From Octopus sinensis (lineage: Eukaryota), in NCBI RefSeq assembly GCF_006345805.1, contig NC_043002.1, positions 61,256,001 to 61,320,000 on the forward strand: a DNA stretch of 64,000 bases. Reading direction: 5' to 3'. Below, one piece after another: positions 39,871 to 53,987 of this stretch. Below the pieces are notes generated by a model, which did no database searches, was not told the origin of the DNA, and saw nothing but the letters and a program-made list of their open reading frames with translations. Both the position numbers and the translations under genes were made by a program. How positions within the stretch are numbered: position 1 is the first letter of the stretch; each line of letters starts with the position of its first letter.

Positions 39871-40807
39871 TTACGCTGTAGTGTTCGGTCGGCTTTGTAA
39901 GGTGTACATTCTTAGCTGTATCACTGTAGGCTTGCTAAAACATACTTGCTTCAAATTTTCACGAAACACTTTGCTTGTAATTACATAACATAAGAAATTC
40001 GCACAATTGTTAAAGTAAGCCACGACAGTTAGAATAACGATGGTGTTTGAATCGATTTGGTGCATCGCATTATTGGGATTCAGGAAAGTGATGCAAATAG
40101 ATACTGGGAACGTTGTTAAAAGAAATATAGTATTTATAGAGATTACAAGACAAATAGTATTCCTAGTTCTTGTTGAAGAGTTCCGTTGAAACTGCTGGCC
40201 GAGATTTGGTCGTCGGAGTAGCTTGTAAATCATAAGTATTGAACTGATAATTAAGAAGGCCGCTGGTATGAATGCATATAAGATGACTGAATAGTGTAAT
40301 ATCATCCTTTAGCAATATATGCATTGATATGTTTATTACGAAAACACAAATAAAAAGGACGAACATCACCACGTACGGAGAGTACGGATTAGAGGACTGT
40401 AGGCGAGAAAATGGACTGTAAACTGCCATCAAGCGTTCCAAAGATATGACTACGATTAACCACGTGGAATACATATTTAAAGAATAAGTTATTACGTTAA
40501 CGCTTCGATGCATCAGAAAGAATATTTCAGTCGTCGAATTTTCCATCATACCTGCATACCAAATAAATTGTGGGTAATTTATCCATACAATAGCTAAATC
40601 TACAATCGCGAGGCAAATGAGGTACGGAGCTATTTTGGATTGGCGCAGTTCTTTCCTGCAAAATATTCCAATTACTGCTACATTAAAGAATGTTCCAAGT
40701 GTCAAGAACGCTATGGAGCTGTACCTTATCCTCCTAATGATAAATATATTAGTATTATTGACAATCACCTGGCTATTGTTGCTCATTGTTAATGGATGTG
40801 ACTGCAT
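39871..40807 (-). pseudogene. Frameshifted GPCR (GPCR-4), recent paralog of GPCR-5
   Basis: Two overlapping ORFs (40163-40807 TM1-4; 39871-40305 TM5-7). Net 8-nt loss relative to GPCR-5 at about 40297-40303. Confidence 0.85.
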
Positions 40808-41910
40808 TTCATTTTATATACAATTTAATGATTTGCGTGAAACCGCTTGAAGTTCAATATTATTATTATTTCAACAATTCATATTTTCATTCATAGTTAA
40901 AGCGACGAATTGGTGAATTGTTAGGGCACACGATACATATTTATGCGGTTTTAGCAATTAATATAAATTCGGATGAAATGCTGCTAAGTATTTTTCTCGA
41001 CGCGTTAACGAAACAACCAGCAAGACATTACTTTGCCAAGCACCTGTATACTTTCAGCCGTTGTGAATATACAGATTCTGATTTATAAAACTTTAAATTC
41101 ATGGTGTTAATGTTTTAAACTCGTCGACGTCGTTGTCGGCTTTATCACAGATAACAGTATTTGTTTTCTTCTTTGTTGAACACTTCCATCATTCAACGGT
41201 GGTGATGCCGTTCAATGATGCTGTTGTACAATTCTTGCATACACAAATCGATGTCATTGACAGCATGGCATTGTTGGTAAGGAACGAGGTTGATTTTGTC
41301 GAGCCTTTCTCTGCTGTCGTTCTTATCCTCTCTGGTTTGTGGTTCAACCTCTAATGGTTTACAGCTATGTGAGAGAAAATGGAGGTGTAGATATGATTAA
41401 TATGCGGTTACTGTATTTGTTTAGTAATCCTAATGTTTATATATTTCAAATCCTAAAATCGTATTGTAAAGTTGACAACGGAAAAACGATCCTCAGTCTT
41501 ACACTAATTGCATGATGTTGACAAATGGAATTATCATTGATATTTGTGTGTGTGTGTGAAGATATGAACGTATGCATAGGTGTGTATATTAGTATATATG
41601 CAGATGCATACACGTATTTGTGCGTGTGTGTTTGCTGAACGATCTATGTTTGTGTGCATCCATTCAATACATTTGCAAGTGTATATATGCTCATAAAAGA
41701 CTTGCTTGTTTATGCCCATGAATGACTTAGCATTAGATATCTGGTGTTCATACGCATGAAAGGTGTGGTTCAAAATATCTAATTACACCAAAATATATTC
41801 AATATACATAGGCGTGTGTGTATACGCGCGCGTACAAGCACGTGCCCAGATATTACTTCAGTATCCTATCGACAAATATTAACGACTAGACACTATTTTC
41901 ATTAACGAAT

Positions 41911-42075
41911 AAGCGCAGGCGTGGGTGTGTAGTAAGAAGCTTCCTTCTCAACCAAATGGTTCCAGGTTCAGTCCCACTGAATTGCAAATTGGTCAAGTAT
42001 AACTCAAATAATATATCGGGCTGATCGAATCCTTGTGAGTCGACTTCCAAGACGGAAAATGAAAGAAGACCATTG
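41911..42075 (+). mobile_element. SINE family S1, 5' half (tail at about 42415-42485; orthologous copy at about 47050-47200)
   Basis: Family head sequence at the same position in both duplicated blocks. Confidence 0.75.
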
Positions 42076-42080
42076 TATAA

Positions 42081-42146
<66 letters not shown>

Positions 42147-42280
42147 GTGTGTGTGTGTGTGTGTGTGTGGTGTGTGTGTGTGTGTTGTGTGTGTGTGTGT
42201 GTGTGTGTTGTGTGTGTGTGTGTGTGTGCGTGTGTGCGTGTTTTTGTGCGTGTGTGTGTGTGTGTGTATGTGTGTGTGTG

Positions 42281-42314
<34 letters not shown>

Positions 42315-43011
42315 CGGGTGTGTGTGCGTGCGTGTTTGTGTGTATGTTGTGTTGGTGTATGTGTGTTTGTGTGTATGTTGTGTTGGTGTATGTGTGTTTG
42401 TGTGTGTGTGATTTATTCGGCTGAAAACCTTCAAGACGGTCTCCCAGCAAAGGCCACAATCAAGTGACTGAAACGTGTAAAAGGTAATTGATAAATATAC
42501 AGATATTTACGTAACACTTTCTGTTATATACAAAACGCCTGAAACCTGGGGGTAGAGGGTTATTCGATTACATCGATTCCATGGTTCAACAGGTACTTAT
42601 TTTATCAATCTCGAAAGATTAAATAGCGAAGTCGACCTCGCTAGAATTTGAACTCAGAACGGTAAGACAGACGAAATCTCAATATTAAAAAAAAATTTTC
42701 CAGCATTGTAGCGTAGACATTTAGATGGTAAAATGGCAGAATAGTTTGCCAGTCGTGCAAATGGCCTAAGTGTCATTTCGTCCGTCTTCACGTTCTGAAT
42801 TCAAGTTTCGCCGAGGTGGACTTACTTTCATTCTTCCGGCATCGACAGCTTAAGTAACAGTGAAACACCGGGGTCGATGAATGGACTTGTCACACTGCCT
42901 TAAATTAAAGCTTTGTGCCTTTACTATCAAGGATTATTAGGGTCCATGTAATCATGTAATCGACATATCATTTCTCCCCAAACTACTGCGCTTGTGGCAA
43001 AATTTGAAAAC

Positions 43012-43077
<66 letters not shown>

Positions 43078-43560
43078 GAGTGAGAGAGCAGTGCATGCCA
43101 TCAAAGTGACACTGGGGTAAAATATACGAAGCCTATAAGGGTACACCAGGTACATGCATCACAACCATATGTGTGCGACATGGCGATAGCACATGACCTT
43201 GCAGGTGGGGCCCAGTTAGAATTTTCTTCTGGTCGAGTAACCCATCATGCTCAAAAGGTCCCTGAATAAGGGTTGTTTAAGGATGTTGAACGAAACACCC
43301 ATGTTTCCAGAGGTGAATTATTCAATCCCCTAAAGAATCCCTCTCAACACATGGCTATGATGCACATATCGTCAGCCACTAAGGGACATGCTCAACTGGT
43401 TAAGGTCAAACAACTGACAAGCAAATCTGTGGTATTGAGCAGAATATTTGCTGTAGCCCATCTTTTATACGAAGACAAAACAATATACATCATAACACTT
43501 CCAATCAGTTAAGATCAGAAGCCACGACAGCCACTGTCTGGTACTACATCAGGGCATCTC
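43078..43560. repeat. ~540-bp interspersed repeat (copy 3, with internal deletions)
   Basis: Similar to 37277-37818. Confidence 0.88.
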
Positions 43561-43706
<146 letters not shown>

Positions 43707-43945
43707 GTGCTGCTACAGCTAATGTTAATGTTGGTGGTAGTGTTGCTTAAGCCTGGCTCTTATTTTATCTGGCACATCTGTCCAACCTGTAACTTATAGA
43801 GACGTAAGCAGACTAACACCGGTAGCTATGGATAGCTAATGCCATCTAAAATATGCATTGATTGAATCCAACAAACAGCAATAAAATCGCAGAAGCACTA
43901 ACTTCGCAATTCGTGAGCATAAACACAAACACTCACCTAAATTAA

Positions 43946-44986
43946 TTATTTATGGATATGCATATAAATTAGATTGTGAGTTAAACAAGTAAAAATGTAC
44001 ATAGGTAGAAATGTTTGAAAATAAAGATTTACCTGATTTCGCTGATTTTTAGGTGGGTTTTGCAAGGTGTATATTCTTTGTTGTATCCCTGTAGGCTTTC
44101 GAAAACATACTTGCTTCAAATTTTCACGAAACACTTTGCTTGTAGTTACATAACATAAGAAATTCACGCAGTTGTGAATGTTAGGTACGGCACTTAGAAC
44201 AACAATGGTGTTTGAATCACTTTGGTGCATCTCATTATTGGGATTCAAGAAAGTGATGCAAATAGATACTGGGAACTTAGTTAAAAGAATTATAGTATCT
44301 ATAGCGATTACAAGACGAATGGTATTCCTAGACCTTGCTGAAGAGTTCCGTTGAAACTGCTGGTCGAGATTTGGTCGTCGGAGTAGCTTATAAATCATAA
44401 GTATTGAACTGCTGATTAAGAAGGCCGCTGGTATGAATGCATATAAGATGACTGAATAGTGTAGGGTAAGCCAATAGTCTTTTAACAATATATATACGTC
44501 GTGATGTTTATTATAAAAGCACAAATAAAAAAGAAAGAACATTACCACGTATGGAGTGTACGTATTAGAGGACTGTAGGCGAGAAAATGGACTGTAAACT
44601 GCCATCAAGCGTTCCAAATATATGACTACGATTAACCACGTGGAAATCATATTCAAAGAATAACTTATTACGTTGACACTTGGATGTAACGGAAAGAATG
44701 TTCCAGTCTGATTTTCTATAACATTTGCACAACAAATAAATTGTGGGTAATTGATCCATACACTAGCTAAATCTACAATCGCTAAGCAAATGAGGTACGG
44801 AGGCATTTTGGACTGGCGCAGTTCTTTCCTGTAAAATATTCCAATTACTGCTACATTAAATAATGTTCCAAGAGTCAATAATACTATGGAGCCGTACCTT
44901 ATCATACTAACGATAAATATATTAGTATTATTGACAATCACCTGGCTATTGTTGCTCATTGTTAAAGAGTTTCTTTTTATATACAA
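43946..44986 (-). CDS. Rhodopsin-class 7TM GPCR (GPCR-5); likely start is the ATG at 44959 (MSNNSQ), C-terminus uncertain
   Basis: Same family motifs. The track start is TTG. TM4 contains a compensated frameshift and the tail runs through a donor-like motif (see findings). Confidence 0.8.
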   Translation of the reverse strand: MYIKRNSLTMSNNSQVIVNNTNIFIVSMIRYGSIVLLTLGTLFNVAVIGIFYRKELRQSKMPPYLICLAIVDLASVWINYPQFICCANVIENQTGTFFPLHPSVNVISYSLNMISTWLIVVIYLERLMAVYSPFSRLQSSNTYTPYVVMFFLFYLCFYNKHHDVYILLKDYWLTLHYSVILYAFIPAAFLISSSILMIYKLLRRPNLDQQFQRNSSARSRNTIRLVIAIDTIILLTKFPVSICITFLNPNNEMHQSDSNTIVVLSAVPNIHNCVNFLCYVTTSKVFRENLKQVCFRKPTGIQQRIYTLQNPPKNQRNQVNLYFQTFLPMYIFTCLTHNLIYMHIHK

Positions 44987-46743
44987 TATAACGATTCACG
45001 ACAAATAGCTTGAAGTTCAAGGAAAATATTATTTCAACAATTCACATTTTCATTCATATTAAAAGCGACATATTTGAAAAGTGTCAGTGCATACGAAAGA
45101 TACTTCTGAGCATATGTTTATACGTTTCTTCTATTTTTAAATTCTTATAATACTCTCGCTAAGGAGGCTGCCGTTTTCCAACAAAGATACAAGATTCCAT
45201 CTTTGGGATATAGTCAAAACAAATAAATTCATATTTGGCAATAGCGAAACTTTTTGCATACTTTTAGTGTTCCACTCCTGTGTTTGTATGTATGTATGTA
45301 TGTATGTATGTATGTATGTATGTATGTATGTACCAATAGAGTTTATGTGCAAAGTTAGTTGTGGAATAGCTTTTAAAAAATATCTGTTAGCTTTTATATT
45401 AAATTAAACATCGTTAATTTTGTATTTAACTGCAATAATTTCAACGAATTTCATTTAAATTTCATATATAATCTCCAATGTCATATATGACATAATTTTT
45501 CAACAGATTAAGGGAAAGCGAACAGAAATACATGACATTTCATAACACCTATATAAAAACTGTACTTGCTGGAGACTTTGGGTGTATGAAGTTATGTATT
45601 AGTTGACGTTTCCGAAAACAGATTCTGGTAATGTTACAATATGAGGATGACAGTGGTGACAATAATGGATACGTTGATAATCACTGACAAGGGCCACTGA
45701 GGATAACCAGTTGTGACGCAAGCCCTTTGAGAGTATACCCATCAGTTATGACGAGTACTACTCATGTTATTAACTTAAATTCATGAATAATTTGTAGTTA
45801 TTGAATTGATATAGAGCTGACGTAAATTAAAGCGATTTTATAATTAGTATACAAACTGTAACATTGGCTTCAAACTTTGACAGAAAGCCAGGTATTTTGA
45901 GGGTGGGAATAAATCGATTAAATCAATCCCATTGTTCGTCTGGTACTTCTTTTGACGACTCCGAATGGATGAAAGGCAAAATCGAGTCCGGCTGTATATG
46001 AAATTAGAAAGTAAAGTCGGGTGAAATGCTGCTAAGCAATTTTCTCGGCGCGATCATTACTCTACCTGCAATGCATTACATTCCCAAGCACCTGTGTACA
46101 TTCAGCCGTTATGAATATACACTTGTTGATGTGTAAAACGTTAAATTCGTGATGTTGATTTTTTTTTAACTCACCGATGTCGTCGTCAGCTTTATCTCAG
46201 CTCACAGTATATATTTTTATCTTTGTTGAACACTTCTGTTATGGTGGTGATGTCGTTGATGATTCTGTTGACCAATTCTGGCATAGACGAATCGATGGGA
46301 TAGGCAGCATAGCAATGTTGTTGAAGGTCGAGGTTGATTTTCTCGTGCCTTTCTCTCAGGTTGTTTGATTTCTCCCTTTTCCCTTCTGGTGGCAACGACG
46401 TATTTGTTTCCAATTCTATGAACGCCGGCACTTGGTACCCTCTCAGGTTTGTAGTTTAGCGTCTGATGGTCTTACAGCTACAACAGAAAAAAATGGAGGC
46501 GTATTAATAAGTAATAAGCGATAACTATACGTGTTTAGTAATCCTCATGTTTAAATGTTCTATTTTCTAAAATTGCTTTGTAAAGTAGACAACGTAAAAA
46601 CGATCTCCAATCTTACACTAAGTGCATGATATTGACAAATGGAATTATCAACGATATTTGTGTGCGTGTGTATGTGCGTGTATAGATATATATCAACGTA
46701 TGCATATGTGTATATGTTAGAAAATACGCAGAAGCATACGCAG

Positions 46744-46780
<37 letters not shown>

Positions 46781-47380
46781 ACGATCTATGTTTGTGTGTA
46801 TCCATTCAATACATTTGTAAGCGCACATATTATGCTCATAAAAGACGTGCTTGTACCTGCCCACCCTTGATTTTGCATTAGCTGTCTGGCGTTCATTTGT
46901 TTACAATATCAAATTACACTAAAATATATTCGATATACACACGCATATGTATGCACACGCACACAAACACGGCCACACAGTACCGTTAGGTTCGGTATCC
47001 TAACACCAAATGTTAGTAACTGCACAATATTTTTTTATTAATGAATAGGCACTGTGTAGTAAGAAGCTTCATTCCCAACCACCTGATTCCAGGTTCAGTC
47101 CCACTGAATGGCAAATGGTAATAAGTATAACTCAACTGTAATATCAGGTCGGCCGAATCACAGCGTGGATTTTAAAGACGGAAACTGAAAGAAGCCCATT
47201 GCAGAAGTAGCTGTGCGGTACGTAGATTGCTTACAAATTAAATGGTTTCGTGTTCTGTCCCACTTCGCGGCACCTTGGGCAACTGTCTTTTGCCGACCAA
47301 CGAATTGTGAGTGGATTCGGTAGACGGAAACTGAAAGAAGCCCATCAAATATATATATATACATGCACACACACACTTAC

Positions 47381-47413
<33 letters not shown>

Positions 47414-47954
47414 ATAATATATATATATATATATGGATGGCTTCCCTTTGCAAATACTGATAGGGCACATAAAGTGTGTCAATAGCCAGCTGGAGTATTC
47501 TCCTGGGCTACAAGATACAGTAGCATCCACCCTTAATGGCTAGCCTCATTTAAGTGGCAAATATACTTCACATTGTCGTGCAGCTATTGTTTATACCTCG
47601 TTCAGAGATTTATTATTGCTTGTTTACACTTTTTCGAGATCAGCGACTTCTCGTCACTAGAAAAAATATATATGTATTTGCATCGAAGACCGTTGATTGT
47701 CGTGCGCTGACGACGGGTATTTCCTCGGAAACCTGGGTCCGTGCGTATCACGTCAGGTCGACGATGGGAAGGATGGCTTCCCTTTGCAAATACTGATGGG
47801 GCACAGAAAGTGTATCAATAGCCAGCTGGAGAAGATGTTCTCCTGGGGCTACAAGCTACAGTAGCATCCACCCTTAGTGGTTAGCTACATTTATGTGGCA
47901 AATATACTCCACATTGTCGTGCAGCTACTGTTTATATCTCCTTCAGAGATTTAT

Positions 47955-47995
<41 letters not shown>

Positions 47996-48199
47996 ATTTT
48001 TGTGTCTCTTTGTTTGTCCTCCATTAATATTTATGTACCAACCTGGTAGCTGGTACATAAATATTAATGACTTGTAGGGATACAGCAGTTCGTTATGGAG
48101 CAGTGATATACTACACCGTATATTAAACAAGTCGATACAGTGTACTACTGTGTTAGTAGTGCTCGTCAGTCATGTGATAAGGTCATCTTTTTATTCATT

Positions 48200-48418
48200 A
48201 ATTCTTTTCTTTTATTCTTTTATTTGTTTCAGTCATTTCACTGCGTCCATGCTGGTGTATGGCCTTTAGTCGAGCAAATCGTTCCTAGAATTTATTCTTT
48301 GTAAGCTTAGTACTTAATTTATCGGCCCATTTTCACGAACTGCTAAGTTACGGGGATGTTTACGCAGTAGCATTGTCAAGCGATGGGGTGGCAGACTCAC
48401 AAACACACGCACACACCT

Positions 48419-48461
<43 letters not shown>

Positions 48462-48487
48462 CATACACATATATATGTGTATATATG

Positions 48488-48533
<46 letters not shown>

Positions 48534-48675
48534 GGGGCTTCTTTCAGTTTCCGTTTACCAAATCCGCTCACAAGTCCTTGGTTGGCCTTAGGGTAAGTAG
48601 TAAACGGAGTAGGACTGAACCTGGAACACTGTGGTTTGTTAGCAAGCTACTTACCACACAGCCACTCCTGCGCCT
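48200..48675 (-). mobile_element. Full-length SINE family S1 with internal microsatellite
   Basis: Head at 48675 ('aggcgcaggagtggctg' on minus), A-rich tail at about 48200. Confidence 0.85.
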
Positions 48676-49370
48676 CCATCTCCGCAGATATTCCACAGAA
48701 ATTATAAGCAGCATTGATTTTGTTTGGAAGTTTTGTATCTCTGAACACCTAAGGAAAACAACAATGACATGGACGAGGAAAAATGAATAATTGGAGTATA
48801 TACCATACTCCAGGAGGTTTTGCTCCTTCGTCAACACCCATGCAACCCATTAACCATACACGAACTCATTGTCTAATGAGACACTATATATAGCGGTGGT
48901 ACTCTATTGAATTTACAAATTTTACATATTAAAACACAAACCTGGCAGCTGGTGCTGTAAGGACACGGGAGAATACACTGTGGTCTTATTAGAGCGTTTA
49001 ATATACGTTGCAGTATATTGTGATTGCTTAACTGAACACGGTGCCCCTACATCTCATTAGTATGATACATTACAAGATAAGCTGTGGAGAAGCAGACGAT
49101 ATAGATGAGTGATGATGATGATGATGATGATGATGATGGTAATGATAGCGACGATGATGACGACGATGATGATGGTGATGATGGCGACGGTGGTGATGGC
49201 AATTGTAATGATAATGTGGAAGATGTGGCGATGACGAAGATGAGGAAGAGAGTAACAATAATGACGGTGGTGATTATGGGGTAGAGAAGAAGAAGCACAG
49301 CAAAGATGATGATTTGATACTGGAGAAGGAGGAGGAGGACTATATGAGAACGTTGCCAGTTCTGATGATA

Positions 49371-49412
<42 letters not shown>

Positions 49413-50414
49413 TTGATTGTGGTGATGATGGTGGTGATTATGATGATAATGTCAAATAACTATGCCGAATATCAGAAGCAAAGAAGAGGTATATTGCTGT
49501 ATAATTTTGATACGATCATTACGATGATCATATTGCACATTCATAATGATGATGATGATGATGATGATGATGATGTCGATGATGTTAGTGATCATTATCA
49601 TCACGTGGAAAAGAGGGAAAAGAAAGACTGTGATAATATTTACCAGGCAGAAGTTTATCATAGCTAATTAGGACGATAATAACACTCATATAAGTAGGAA
49701 AAATCAATTAATGAACAGCTTCTATTCATTCTTAATTACCTATTTATTTGTCTTTTTTTGTTTTGAAAATAAAAGAATACTGAAATCCATGATTCTGTAA
49801 GAATCATAGGTTTTCTATAAATCACATACTGAATATCGTGATATTAGAAAAAAATCAAAACCAGAATTTTTACAACCTATATTTGTCTTGTATTTTTAAC
49901 ATGGTGAATCATCTTCGAGGCACGTGAATTTCTCACATTCACTGACCTTGTATAAGGTATTTTAGGAATTAAAAAAAAAACAGCAGTTGTCAGTATACGC
50001 ATGTAAAAGTAACACGATTCCGATTGTATTTCTCTTTTATATACTTAATGAAATAATTAGTGTATCAAAATGGAACGTATATATTCATTTCAATGTTTGT
50101 TTTTTGATACTAGCTTGGGAGCAGAAGAATTAATAGATAAGACGCACGTATAACAAAAACTAGGGTATTTAATCTCACAATTAATAACAAGAATACGGAT
50201 CTGAAAGAAACTATTTTCAGCATACGTTTACATGTAGGTATATCTTTTATCTTTTGTTTGTTTCCGTCATGATACTGCCGCCACACTCGAACAAATTCTG
50301 GGAGAATTTCAGTTGAACGAAACTAGAGTCGTCCTTAATTTCTTTTAAGACCGAAACTTATTATATCGTTCACTTTTGTTCAACTGCAAAATTACGAGGA
50401 CATAGACACACCAG

Positions 50415-50813
50415 ACCTGGACACTAAAGAAAGCTGACCAGAAGAGAATTAATGCATTCGAGCTTTGGTGTTGGAGAAGGATTTTCGGATTCCATGGACA
50501 GCGAGGCTTACCAATGGAGAAGTTCTTAAGCAGATAGGGCCGAAAATGCCGCTAGAAGCTAGGATCACCAAGCATAGATTGGCATATTTCGGTCATATTA
50601 TGCGGATAAAATCCTTGGAGAAGGACATCATGCTCGGAATGGTTAGTGGCAAGAGAAGAAGAGGCCGACCAAGAACCCGCTGGCTTGACACCATCAAGAG
50701 TGATACCAGAATGGACATAGCCAATCTGAAAGAAGCGGCCCAGGATAGAACTGACTGGAGGACACTGATCCAACGAGTGGCCGAGAGTCGACTTCGACTG
50801 AGCGGATAGAGAG
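50415..50813 (+). mobile_element. 5'-truncated RTE (BovB-like) LINE with 11-bp target-site duplication
   Basis: Open frame 'WTLKKADQKRINAFELWCWRRI...FGHIMR...GKRRRGRPRTRWLD...AAQDRTDWR'. 'agacacaccag' at 50404-50414 and 50814-50824. Confidence 0.92.
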
Positions 50814-51139
50814 AGACACACCAGCACGGGTTTTCAAGCGGTGGAGGGGATGAAGTGGGGGCAAAGACGTACGTATGCGCACACATTTAAGTCGATAGCT
50901 GTTGGTGGCATCATCCTTTACATGATCAACGTAACTGCGCTATAAAAATGTGTTATGAGAAATTGATTAAAAAGAAATCAATCAAAAACAAAATCGCTGA
51001 AGCAACCAGTTTGACGTCTTCGATAATATACACACACATACAAACACACACAAATACACACACACATATACTATGCACTTCGGGATCTGAAGACCCCGCC
51101 CCACCCGAACAAAACAAAATTATTTCACGTTATCTCGTT

Positions 51140-51545
51140 CGTTTTAGCCTATTATTTGTTTCAATTATTTTACTACCGTCATGCTGGAGCACCATCATGA
51201 GCGGGTTTTCAGTTTAACAAATCTACCCCAGGACTTATGACTTATTTTTCATGCCTAGTACTAAGTTATCCTGTCGATTTGGTGAATCGCTATGTTGCAG
51301 GGACGTAAACACACTAACACCGGTTGTCCAGCGGTGATGGGGTATGGTAGTATACACTGACACTAAAACAGAAATAAATATATATACACACATATATATA
51401 TATATATATATACAACTGGATTCTTTCAGCTTCCATCTCCCAAATCCGTTCACGAGGCTTTCGTCAAGCCGAGGCCATAGTACAAGACCCTCGCCCATGG
51501 TGGCACGGAATGAGACTGAACCCGGAACCCTGTTGTATGGAAGCA
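51140..51545 (-). mobile_element. SINE family S1 (diverged)
   Basis: Reverse-complement family segments on both sides of a microsatellite. Confidence 0.75.
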
Positions 51546-51612
51546 ACACGCACGCGCACGCACACACACAAACACACACATACACACATATATATGAGTA
51601 AAAGTAAAATAT

Positions 51613-52010
51613 AGGCGCAGGAGTGGGTGTGTGGTAAGAAGCTTGCTTCCCAACCACATGATTCCGAGTTCATTCCTCTGTGTGGCACTTTGGTCAAGTG
51701 TCTTCTACTATAGCCTCGGGCCGACCAAAGCCTTGTGAGTAGATTTGGTAGACGGAAACTGAAATAAGCCCGTCGTATATATGTATATATATTTATGTGT
51801 ATGTTTATTTATGTCTGTATTTGTCCCACCACCATCACTTAACAACCGATGTTGGTGTGTTTACGTCCCCATCACATAGCAGTTCCGCAACAGAGTCCGA
51901 TAGACTAAGTACTAGGCTTACAAAGAGGTCCTGGGGTCCATTTGTTCCACTAAAGGTGGTGCTCCAGCATGGTCGCAGTCAAATGACTGAAACAAGTAAA
52001 AGAATAAAAG
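51613..52010 (+). mobile_element. Full-length SINE family S1
   Basis: Head 'aggcgcaggagtgggtgtgtggtaag' through tail 'gaaacaagtaaaagaataaaag'. Confidence 0.88.
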
Positions 52011-52239
52011 AAAGTATATACTAATAAATGAAATTGCAACTCAGTCTCGTTTTTATGCACTATTATTTGCAATTTTTCCAATTTTACAATATTGAACTAA
52101 ACTAGTACTTTCATGCGTTGCGCAATCATCAGGTTTATGCATTGACGGTCGTAGCATTGCAAAAGCAAATTTGTCGATCACTGCTCAAAGTAATGAATTA
52201 AAGTATATAACCACAGACCGAGTTATCATTCTAAGAATA

Positions 52240-52530
52240 AGGACTCGAAGAACTTCAAATGCATATTAACAAAAGCAAAGTTTAACCTAAGCAAAAATTA
52301 CAAATCGTTCGTTGTGTCTAAATGCAATGATAATCGATGTGATGACTGTCAGTTCATACATACTGGTCAATATATGAACATGAAAACTAGAAGAATATTT
52401 ACAAATGCAACTAAGAACCGTAAAAGCAGAAATTAAATTTACCGCATCGATAACCAAACTGTGAAGAGATATACGTTGGTCAAAGTGGGAATGCATTAGT
52501 GGAACGTTCACGTGAGCACCCACTGCAAAT
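52240..52530 (+). mobile_element. Decayed Penelope-like GIY-YIG fragment
   Basis: 'KCNDNRCDDCQFI...SRN*IYRI...EIYVGQSGNALVERSREH'. Confidence 0.7.
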
Positions 52531-52843
52531 TAAGGACCTTGATGTCCGTCAGATCCCTTTAAGTAACCATCTAGCAACACGTTGTCAGAGAATGTTTATA
52601 ATATTCCCAATCTAAAAACTAAACAATTTAAGTGAGTCGACAGGAAAGTCAGAGAAAATAATTTTATTGATAAATTGAAAACCTGTTATAGATGGACAAT
52701 TATAGTATAGATACGACAATAATAATAAGTACTACTGCTGTTACTATTGCTGCAACCACCACCACTAATAACAACAATAATAAAGGTGATGGTGAGGATG
52801 ACCATATGAAAATATGACTCGACTGAAAGGTAAAAATATGATC

Positions 52844-53245
52844 AGGCGCAGGAGTGGCTGTGTGTTAAGTAGCTTACTTACCAACCACATGGTTCCGAGT
52901 TCATTCCCACTGCGTGGCCTCTTGAGCAAGTGTCTTCTACTATAGTCACGGGCTGACCAAAGCCTTGGGAGTGGATTTGGTAGAGGGAAACTGAAAGAAG
53001 CCCGTCGTATATATGTGTATATATGGATCTGTGTATATGTTTGTATGTCTCTATTTCCCCAACATCGCTTGACAACCAAAGCTGGTGTGTTTACGTCCCC
53101 GTTATTTAGCGGTTCGGCAAAAGAGACCGACAGAATAAGTACTAGGCTTCCAAAGAATAAGTCCTGGGGTCGATTTGCGCGACTAAAGGCGTTACTCTAG
53201 AATGGCCGCAGTCACATTACTGAAGAAAAGAGAATAAAAGAGAAT
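52844..53245 (+). mobile_element. Full-length SINE family S1
   Basis: Complete head-to-tail match to 51613-52010. Confidence 0.88.
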
Positions 53246-53930
53246 ATGACCATATGAACACTGATTCGACTGAAATGTATTCTATCATAGTCACAACAGT
53301 AACCAATGAAAACAGGAATGCTGTTCACAACACTCCAAAATATAGCTAAACGACTATTCCATCAGGTGTGGGCAAAGTAAAGAATCCTTGACGCGCCCAT
53401 TAAACCGAGATATCTAAGCCACATACTGATTGGTCGAAATATTGTTAAAATTTAGTTGCTGCGCTCACTACACCGTAACATCTAAGCCACGTACTGAATC
53501 GGTGAAAATACAGTTCGTAAGATTCAACCTGCTGGGGACGATCGAAGGGTATTTGAAGGATAAATCTAAAAATTTCACTACAGTTGTCAATTGTGGAACG
53601 TGACTGTCACAACATAAACCTGACGATTACATAACGCATGAAGATACCAATATATTTCAAAACTGTAAAATTTAAAAAAAATGCAAATGATAAAACGTGA
53701 AAACCACACTTTTCTTCTTTCCCTTTAAACAGTCACTTGACTCTCTCTCCTTCTCTCACTCTATTGTTTCTCCTCAACGTGTCCAACGAAAGAGTATACA
53801 CAAAACGTTATATTTTCCCTCCGTGACATTTACGCCATAAGATCATTCCCTTTTTGAACATGAAGCTAATAATATCGACGTCTGTTACACTCGTATTGCT
53901 TTTGTATCTGATTGCTACGTATACATATAC

Positions 53931-53987
<57 letters not shown>

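Noticed and set aside
52800-53280. ~33-bp duplication flanking the S1 SINE as an unusually long TSD
   Set aside because: The two copies differ at several positions and extra bases separate one from the SINE; a pre-existing local repeat is equally likely.
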